DNA of 64,000 nucleotides from positions 2,542,001 to 2,606,000 of the forward strand of contig CM035360.1 of NCBI GenBank assembly GCA_020137815.1. Reading direction: 5' to 3'. This document shows positions 11,449-19,971 of this stretch, in pieces. The translations under genes were made by a program, and so were the position numbers. Below the pieces are notes generated by a model. It did not search any database, was not told the origin of the DNA, and was given only the letters and a program-made list of their open reading frames with translations. Within the stretch, counting starts at the first letter, position 1. Every line of letters begins with the position of its first letter. The DNA comes from Hormiphora californensis. Its lineage: Eukaryota; Animalia; Ctenophora.

Positions 11449-14400
11449 CTGTTGAAAAGTGAGACAAATTCAGTTTCCGGGTGAATGGTTAGATAGTGAC
11501 TAACTTTTCTACACGAGGTATAATATCATGATAAATGTCATTTATACGTCGGCCTCGTGGCCTAATGGCTAAGGCGTCTGACTTCGAATCAGAAGATTGG
11601 GGGTTCGAGTCCCTTCGGGGTCGCTGACATTTTGCATATTTTACCCCCCTTTTTGTCGACAAAGGCTGCTTCAAGTTTATTAAATTTATTAATTAATTAA
11701 CTTTAATTCAAATCTCTAGGGCTAGTACGTACGGAGTTGTTTATAAATGTATGCTTCTTTCTCTGTCTTCCATTGCATGGCCAGATTTTTAAACTCTTCT
11801 CTCCCAATGTCGTGTCGGCTTTGGCCTGTATTCTTTTTCAACTGTTTCTCTACAACCACCTAAACATAGATTTAAATTACACTTCGAAATAATCAATTGA
11901 TTGTAGAGAGAACGATAGATTATTTTATGAAGGAGTACCTGAGTAGCGATCCCTGCGTGGTCACAACCGGGAACCAGTAATGTCGTCTTCCCTTCCATTC
12001 TATTGTATCTGATGAACACATAGCCATGATTAGAACTCGTAACACTAAATTAGGTCATAATACCAGTACAATAATACCAAATTAGGTCATAAGTTAACAC
12101 CATTATTACCTTCAAAAAGTACACTCATACCTTATTAGAGCATCTTCGATGGCGTTAGTTAGGGCATGACCAATATGAAGAACTCCAGTTACGTTGGGTG
12201 GGGGAATGATTATCGTATAGGTCCCCTTAGGATCTGAAAGTAGTGGTGGGCTTAGAAATCAGGGGGGATGAGAAACCAGGAGGTTGGGATGAGCTCTCTC
12301 GCTCTTGTATCACAAGTGTGAAGAAGAAGAAGACGAAGAAGAAGTTCAAGAAGAAGAAGAAGAAGTGTGACATCTCATTTGCATTACAAGTTGTAATGCC
12401 ATTGAGATGTCACGCATACATAATTGGTAATAATTGATCTAATTTTAACTCTTTTGAAAATAGAGTGTATTATTGAAGGAATACAAGAATGACGATTGAT
12501 GAACTATCATCGAGTTACCAAAGTTAGGTATGACTTGATGGGCGCCTAACAAATATGGGGACTGCAGGTCGCAGGAGCTAGAGAAGGGCGTGTTTAATCT
12601 AGTGAGTGACTGAATGTTTGACAGGGAGAGGGTGAGGACAAAAAGTTAGAGAGAGAGAGATTCATAAATCCGATTAACTCTCAATCAGGAATCACGAGCT
12701 TTTTAATTTCTCTCAGCTCTAGTCTCCCTCTCTCTCCCAACCAACATAAACCCATACTCCAGTTCATTTACTGATAAGAGATGATCATGATGTTGTTATT
12801 ATTTGTTTTGACCTTCCTCCTCCCATCCTCTGCTGCCTTGCTTCCTGTACCATTTGAGGTTGGAATAGTTGCTAAAATAGGGCGAAATGTGTTCCAGTCA
12901 GTGGCAGATAGCACGTTGGGAGAGGCAGCGGACAGAATTAGGGTAGGTCATGATTTTGGATGGGAGCCAACTTACTGATAAACAGAATGTGATACACATC
13001 TCATGTCACTTCTACAATAATTATGTGTTACACTGAAGTCTGAAATACATATATGTATCTTCATGACCAATTGTGCCAAATCCCTGCCAAAACATGCTCA
13101 GACGTTGTCGATATCCGGGGAGAGGGTGTATAAGGGAGTGACGGCCCGGTGGTGGGATGTGAAGAGTAGCCTTGTTCATTTTGAACCAGCCAGTATTCAG
13201 ATGACACAGGGAGAAAACGAGGAAACTATCAAGGTACACAAGCCACCACAGTCGGACCCCGATTTACCGGAACCCCGAATCACCGGTAAATCGGGGTCCG
13301 ACTGTATAATATCCTACTCAGAATATCAGTTGCTCATGTGGAACAATATATTGCCCATTCGGATGTTTTTTACAACATTGAAGGAACTTTTGAATCTAAA
13401 GCAGCGCCATGATTCGGGTTGATGTTGGTATCCGAGGTACCCCCCCCCCCTCTGTACCATCTCACTTCTCAGGTTGATGTTGGTATCCAAGGTAACCCCC
13501 CTCTACCATCTCACTTCTCAGGTTGATGTTGGTATCCAAGGTAACCCCCCTGTACCATCTCACTTCTCAGGTTGATGTTGGTATCCGAGGTACCCCCCCC
13601 CTCTGTACCATCTCACTTCTCAGGTTGATGTTGGTATCCAAGGTAACCCCCCTGTACCATCTCACTTCTCAGGTTGATGTTGGTATCCAAGGTAACCCCC
13701 CTGTACCATCTCACTTATCAGGTTGATGTTGGTATCCAAGGTAACCCCCCTCTACCATCTCACTTCTCAGGTTGATGTTGGTATCCAAGGTAACCCCCCT
13801 CTACCATCTCACTTCTCAGGTTGATGTTGGTATCCAAGGTACCCCCCCCCCCGCCCTGTACCATCTCACTAATCAGGTTGATGTTGGTATCCAAGGTAAC
13901 CCCCCTGTACCATCTCACTTCTCAGGTTGATGTTGGTATCCAAGGTACCCCCCCCTGTACCATCTCACTTATCAGGTTGATGTTGGTATCCAAGGTAACC
14001 CCCCTGTACCATCTCACTTATCAGGTTGATGTTGGTATCCAAGGTAACCCCCCTGTATCATCTCACTTATCAGGTTGATGTTGGTATCCAAGGTAACCCC
14101 CCCCCTGTACTACATTTTAGGTTGATGTTGGTATCCAAGGTAACCCCCCCTGTACTACATTTTAGGTTGATGTTGGTATCCGGGGTAACCTGGTAGCAGT
14201 TGGTAGCTGGACCGCGTGGAAGAAGGTGTGGTTGCTAGGGAAACTGCAGGCATCTGGGGATATTACTGCCAGACTTAGCGGATTCTCCACTTCTACAGTC
14301 ATCGCCATAGGTACATGTACACTCACTCTTCGAACCAGGATCTCTCTCATACATGATCAGAGACCTGTTTAGTGGGGTTGGACAAACTCTTTGAGAGAGC

Positions 14401-17400
14401 TGTGCTTTATGATCTAACTCTGATGGCCACGTAGGGTCGAGTAAGGCAACATGAGAACTGTTACCTCCAAAGCTAACAAAACTCCCCCAGGTCGAGTTGA
14501 GGGTGTGGAGAATGGAATCCAGTTCGTACACCAGCCAGAGCACTGTACCCTCAGTGCATCAGACCTTTCCATCAAGTTTACTGGATCAAAACTCCGTTAC
14601 CTCCTGGATTTTGTTGCCTGGTGAGTGCCATTACTTTAGAAAACTGAGTACGTTTTAGTTGATTAGGGAACCTGATTGCTAGTCAGTTTTCAGTAGGAAG
14701 GGTCTATTTGATTGCTGGTCAGTACTGAGCATTTGTTTACCATATATAGGAAGGGTAGAATTTGTCGCCGATTTGTCGCGTTTTATAACAGCTAGGTAGT
14801 AAAGGATCGTTGACAGGGGGTATATTGTGAAGTCGATGATAGCTGGTATATAATTTTTATTGAGCCTTTCCCGGTTCCATATCAGTACACCTGTACTGAA
14901 TCTTGCGGTAATCGCTTTTTAACATCATTCTGGACCAGCCCCTGTTTTAAAGAAACTGAATGTTCCTCCACCCCTTACCTACTCAACTGTCAGGCCAATG
15001 CTCTGACAGTTACTCAACAAATTTTCCAGGATATTTGAAGATGAGTTGATGTCCAAGCTCCGTGAAATTATCTGTGAAAGTATTGCGGAGGAGGCGGAAA
15101 CGATTGCAGAAGAGTTCCAGAATGAAATCATGAACGGGAATGAGACCATCCATATGCTGGGTGAGGCACATGTCCTTATTTGGGAATACATCATGCGATG
15201 CCCATATATGGTCATTGATTAGCACATGATTTCATTCTTGTCACTAAATTATTCTGAACCTCTTCGGATGAAATCGGTGACACACCGAAACATTATTCTT
15301 TCTGAAATAAAATTACCGAGTCTAAACTCCACTTAGTATAACCCTTCCATCCAGCTCGCGTGATGACCATATATGGTTATCACGTGATTCCCTTTTTAGA
15401 TACAGTCCTGGAGCTGAACAGTGACCCTTGGGTGATTACCGGCGGTAACGACTGTTTGGTGGTGGGGTTCATGGGTGAGCTGTATGGGAGTGAGAAGGAA
15501 TCAGCGGTGGTGGAATCTACAACGGGACCCTTCCTTCCTGTCACCACGGCACAGAATCTCTCTGATGTTGAGGTGAATAAAGTGGTAGGGTACTAGGGTG
15601 TCAGAGGTATTAGAAGTGAATAAAGTGGTATAGTAGGGTGGCAATTATTTGCATGATGAAATAATCCTAGAATAGTTAATCAAGGGGGAGGGGGAGGGTG
15701 GAACGACTTCAAGTATATCAGCAAAAGGTCTGAGTGAGCTATTAATATATTCTCCCCTCAGCCGATAGAGAACCGTTCTACATCCTCGTACATTACATCA
15801 TCATCATCATCTGCTGGAACAACCACTGCAGCTCCTAATAACGGCAGTGATCAATTTACTACTCTCTTTGAGACAGTTGCTAGGGAACGGAGAGAGGTTG
15901 CTAGGGAACAGAAGGATGCTGCTAGGGAACAGAGAAATGCTCCTGGTAACGTGGATTGGTGCAGCACAATACCAGGTACTTTCTCCGATCCTATAAACTC
16001 TGCTAACAGTCCAACCAAGTAACCTCACATACACGTTCATACATGTGTAACAATGTTAGATTCCTACAATGTTACAGAATATTACAGTGTAACATTTTTA
16101 ACATATATCTGTAACATGTCCCTAACATCATCAGGAAACAGGTTCGGTGTTACGATTATAGTAACTGAGGACATGGCGAGAAGGACGGTAGCTGCCCTCC
16201 ACTCTCTACAACTAATAGACTACACTGTGGTTCACAACTTAGGAAACACTTTTGATCAGTTCTGGGGCGCCAACCAACTGGGTAAATGATAACTATAAAT
16301 TTGTGATCTATTCTCTTGATTCATAATATGGGAGCCACTGTAGGGTGATTTCCGGTGAATCTAGCGTGTTCTTGTTGAGTATTAGAGATGTAACAGAGTG
16401 TGCATGCAGTTGTCTCTCCCCGATCTCTTTCTTATTTCCCTCATATCATAGGTAACATAACGATCAAGACGCCCTCCAAGTTCCAACTAAGAAGAGTGAA
16501 GATCACCTCTCTTGAGGTACCACGGGTTTCAATCGACCAGGAGGGAATACATGTTGTCAGCAACCTCAGGTACAAGATATTTAAATGGTTACAACCTCAG
16601 GTAGGGGGATGGAATCAGTCAGATTCGAAAGGCTGCAGGGAAGTATTATGCTACCAGTTATCACTGCAGTTTAGCAAAATATAATAATGTAGTTCTGAAT
16701 GGTGAACAACAAGAGACCGGATGAGAGGTCTCGAATTTAAGTAATAGGTACGTGAGAAGGTATGTGACAGGGCACGTCACACTATGTAGGTATAAGGGTA
16801 TAACGTATCACGTGACACTATGTATCTCTCTACTACAGGGCCCGTGTGTTGATGAGGAAGGGCAAGGATCTAATAAAGGGACAGGTGGATACGATAGCCA
16901 GGACCACCGCTAAAACTATCTTAGGACGAACTAATGGTAATAGACTGATGATATACTGAGATCTAAAAAGTGCACTTTTATTACGATCTGTTGGCTAAAT
17001 AATATTTATGATAAACAAATATCCTACTAAATTGGTATACTGCCTAGGTTCCCGTATCCACAAAATAATACCCCTTGTGACAGTTGATGTAAATGTAACC
17101 GATGCAAGGTTACATTTTCAACCACGCACCAAACGGGTAAGTTACACTTTAAACCAAACGGGTAAGATATAAATATTTAGCCCTGAAATAGATCAGATTC
17201 TTCTTCGGTATAGATGTTAGAGGACTCGTACCATTGGTTACCATGGAAACCAAACCTGGTTCATAGTGAGGGTCTAACGTGTGTGATCTTCATTCAGTAT
17301 AATCCCAGCTGATATATTCTTCCTAGGAAGCCCGGAGTTTTGATATGAAGGAGCATTTGATGCGAAGTTGGGCTGTTGCTTTTGCAGAGGCCCAGGTGGA

Positions 17401-18723
17401 TAAACTGATCAAGGGGAAACTCGCAGGTACTAATCACGTAGTAAATAATTAGCCAGTAATTAATATGTAATCAACGAGAAATTAACCGGTATAATTAGAC
17501 AGTTAGTGCTCGCCATGATATAAAAATACGTCTTGTGTTTTGAATCATTCGCCTTCTCTGAGTCGCATTAAGAAATAACCTAAAACCTACGTTTTCTTCC
17601 CCATACTAGGACTGATAGAAAAGGAGCTGAGCGCAGGATTTCCTATCAACCTTCCTCCAAGTTTGGAAATCGGAGAAGCGGAGATCACATATCACGATGG
17701 TTATGTGAAAATTGATCTTGGAGGGATTGCCTTTCGACCAAGCGAGCTTGATATTGAGTTTCAATTTGATCTCGACTGAGGCAAATAAACATGAACCACG
17801 ATTAAAACATAATATAATGATGATTGGAAACATCAGAAATATGATGCCCCCAAAAAACCTCAAAATAAAAAATGAGAACTCTAAATAAATGATGAATGTG
17901 ATTCAAGATTTGTAAAAACATGATTTTAAAAGTTTCCAAAAAAACTCACTCGGTTTGGTGATATCACGGCCGTATTCTGGTTTAAAGAAGCCCGCCTTTT
18001 CCCACCACTCATACCAGGCGGCCTCAACGAAACCGGGACTATAGCTGGCCGGCATGTCACCTGGAAATGTATAGAGGTTAAACCCAAAGCAGAACTAGTT
18101 TGGGGGGCGGTGGGCAATTCTAGGTTTTCTCAAACCGGTAGTTGTGAATTCTTGTAAAATAAAGACATTCAAAATCACCTGACACGTTCTTCTTCTCTCC
18201 AACAGGATGATCAAAAGTGTAGGTAGCAGCCACCTTGGCTGTTTTCACAGGTTTCTTTGGTTTGTCCCCTTTAGCTGCCTGAAAGAAAGTGTTTTTAGAA
18301 ACATGTACTTTTCTTGACCATCCTGATCTAGATTTAGCTGCCTTGTGTTTTTGGGACCAAGAAATTTTCTTCCCCTAACCTATCTCTGCTCCAGTCACCG
18401 GGCCTTTTGTTGAGTTGCTCAACAACTGCCCCTGCCCTACAAACTAGATGGAGTTCCCCCCCCCCCCCCCAGTACAGTAACTAGTCCCCCTTGATCAGTC
18501 TCCCTGAGTTTCTCCCAATTATTGGCCCACCTGCTCCGCTTGTTTGGCCTTGAGAGCTTCCTGTTTCTTCTGAAACTTTTCCATTTTTGCCTGACGGGCA
18601 GCTTCCTTCTTCAGCTGAGCGGGAGTTTTCGCTACTGTAGTGGGAAAATAGGTGGTTAGGAATGTGGTTACCATGGTTACATCGCTCATCGTTACCAAGG
18701 TTACCATACATACCGTCAGACAT
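1090..18723 (-). CDS. VARS: Valyl-tRNA synthetase, multi-exon, 3' end beyond left edge
   Basis: Approximate exons: 18714-18723 (MSD), 18531-18634, 18179-18278, 17950-18060 ([23 protein letters not shown]), 12131-12233 ([17 protein letters not shown] motif), 11939-12008 ([11 protein letters not shown]), 11734-11858, 11035-11149, 10802-10905, 10462-10609 ([18 protein letters not shown]), 10118-10321 ([17 protein letters not shown]), 9692-9857, 9395-9487, 5242-5320 ([15 protein letters not shown]), 4896-5010, 4510-4695 (DVLDTWFSS; contains frameshifts), 3034-3097, 2802-2898 (KMSKSLGN), 2519-2639 ([12 protein letters not shown]), ~1090-1253 ([11 protein letters not shown]). Confidence 0.96.
1572..2021. 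mobile_element. Non-autonomous DNA transposon (MITE), Kolobok-like
   Basis: ~120-bp terminal inverted repeats (AGGTTGACAAGATACC... / ...GGTATCTTGTCAACCT) flanked by TTAA on both sides (1568-1571, 2022-2025). TTAA TSD with AGG..CCT ends fits Kolobok. No ORF. Confidence 0.75.
5622..5700. mobile_element. Short MITE family A (further copies ~6826-6930, ~18968-19074, ~53465-53562)
   Basis: Recurrent AGGAACCGACCGAA...CCTGATTGGCTGATAA...CACGTGAC...TCGGTTCCT element with short terminal inverted repeats, present in both orientations. Confidence 0.75.
5883..9127 (+). CDS. PH-domain-like + coiled-coil protein nested antisense in ValRS intron 5321-9394
   Basis: Eight phase-compatible exons (~5883-5921, 6128-6247, 6424-6516, 7417-7550, 7666-7833, 8113-8184, 8468-8689, 8906-9127). 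PH hallmarks: GILMK..., [36 protein letters not shown] heptad-rich segment follows ([11 protein letters not shown]...[24 protein letters not shown]). Confidence 0.8.
6273..6356. repeat. Short palindromic MITE family B (further copies ~9543-9611, ~19201-19258, ~21776-21841)
   Basis: CTGTCTGGCGCCGCC...GGCGCCGCCAGACAG-type inverted ends recur in several introns. Confidence 0.6.
11551..11623 (+). tRNA. tRNA-Arg, anticodon TCG, inside a ValRS intron
   Basis: 73-nt cloverleaf: acceptor GGCCTCG/CGGGGTC, D-arm with TGGCCTAATGG A-box, anticodon arm TCTGA-CTTCGAA-TCAGA, T-loop GGTTCGAGTCC. A T-run pol III terminator lies just downstream. Confidence 0.93.
12781..17779 (+). CDS. Secreted BPI/LBP/CETP (TULIP) family lipid-binding protein nested antisense in ValRS intron 12234-17949
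   Basis: Signal peptide [16 protein letters not shown] then GIVAKIG. Approximate exons: 12781-12941, 13103-13232, 14166-14309, 14491-14620 ([15 protein letters not shown]), 15030-15160 (KLREIICE; the two Cys match the BPI1 disulfide spacing), 15400-15572, 15762-15975, 16135-16281, 16452-16569, 16839-16936, 17083-17136, 17327-17425, 17610-17779 (GFPINLP...ITYHDGYV, typical BPI2 C-terminus). Confidence 0.8.
13418..14190 (+). repeat. 49-bp minisatellite, 16 copies, made of the splice acceptor and first codons of BPI-like exon 3
   Basis: Unit CCATCTCACTTCTCAG|GTTGATGTTGGTATCCAAG|GTAACCCCCCTGTA. The last copy (14166) continues as the true exon [15 protein letters not shown]. Confidence 0.92.
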
Positions 18724-19340
18724 GATGAGAGTGGTAGTGTGGAAAGCCCGCCGGAATAACCGAATCACAACTAAATCCTATACAGAAATCGGGGAAATAT
18801 TTATTAGCATCGATTAGGTTAGCTAGAGTAACAGGGTTCAGTATATCAAAACAAAATGAATGATGCAAAAAAGTAAAAACTCGGTTTGCACATTATAACA
18901 AGTTCCTAAAAACACAACATTTTTTTCATTTTCTCTCTAGCCATCTACGTGTAAATGTAATTTAACCGGGAACCGACCGAAACAAGTAAACAACCAATCA
19001 GAACTCGTTATTTAGATCACGTGACTGGTTATCAGCCAATCAGGGACCAGTATTTCCTGATCCGGTCAGTTCCTGAATTTAATATGGTGTAAACATCACC
19101 ACTAAATAGGGTTTAAAAACGATGGTGCGTGAAAACGGATTATAAAGAAAGCAATAACATAACACAATATAAACACCATGCAGGATAAATGGTGAGGAGG
19201 CTGTCTGGCGCCGGGGACCCCATCTGAGAATCAAATCAGGGTCTAGCGCCGCCAGACAGGGAGCAGGGGAACACATGGAACAAAACAACCCACAGTAAAT
19301 AAACCACACAGAACACAATCATCTTTAACATAGCACCTAC

Positions 19341-19421
19341 TCAGAGATAACTCAGAGATAACTCAGAGATAACTCAGAGATAACTCAGAGATAACTCAGA
19401 GATAACTCAGAGATAACTCAG
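19341..19421. repeat. 11-bp tandem repeat (ACTCAGAGATA) about 7 copies
   Basis: Directly visible perfect tandem array. Confidence 0.9.
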
Positions 19422-19488
19422 ATATAACAATCCTCCTAATTCCAAAACTCTACCTTTCAATCGGTCAAATAAGATGACTTTAACAAAC

Positions 19489-19971
19489 CTACTGTTTCCT
19501 CTTTTTGCGGGGACGAGGTGTTGCCCTTGTTGCCTGGTTATCACTAATGATAACAACATCATCTTGGTTACCATCCTGGTTACCTTGGTTACCACTAGCA
19601 GCCATGTTACCCTGGCTACTGCTCGCAGTACCAAGCTGAGTAATGGCCACACCAGGCAACTTGCTAACGAAACCTGATGTTCCCGTAGCAGAGTAAGCAA
19701 CAGTAGATGTTCCCGTAGCAACTGTACCCGTAGCAACAGCAATATTACCCATAGCAACGTCAGATGTTCCCGTAGCAACGTTATGCGTTCCCTTAGCAAC
19801 AGTACCCGTAGCAACCGGAACTGTACCCGTAGCAACTGTACCCGTAGCAACAGCTGTTCCTGTAGCAACAGTACCCGTAGCAACAGCAATCGTTCCCGTA
19901 GCAACTGTACCCGTAGCAACAGCAACTGTTCCCGTAGCAGCGTTCTTTGAAACAGGTCGGGGGCGGCCTAG
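19489..19971 (-). other. Putative stop-codon readthrough extension of CTP synthase (160 sense codons + TAG)
   Basis: Minus strand reads ...GCG GAT TGA CTA GGC CGC... The frame stays open from 19971 to TAG at 19491-19489 and is in frame with ORF 19489..19752. It encodes LGRPRPVSKNAATGT(VATGT-type repeats)...NQDDVVIISDNQATRATPRPRKKRKQ. Confidence 0.6.

Noticed and set aside
13418-14190. Regularly spaced repeats superficially like a CRISPR array
   Set aside because: The spacers are near-identical rather than unique, there are no cas genes, the context is eukaryotic, and the unit is a duplicated intron/exon junction.
14235-15225. Minus-strand ORFs overlapping the BPI-like gene, and similar antisense ORFs over SDR, CTPS, MFS and calmodulin exons
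   Set aside because: Antisense shadows of real exons with no independent motif or splice support.
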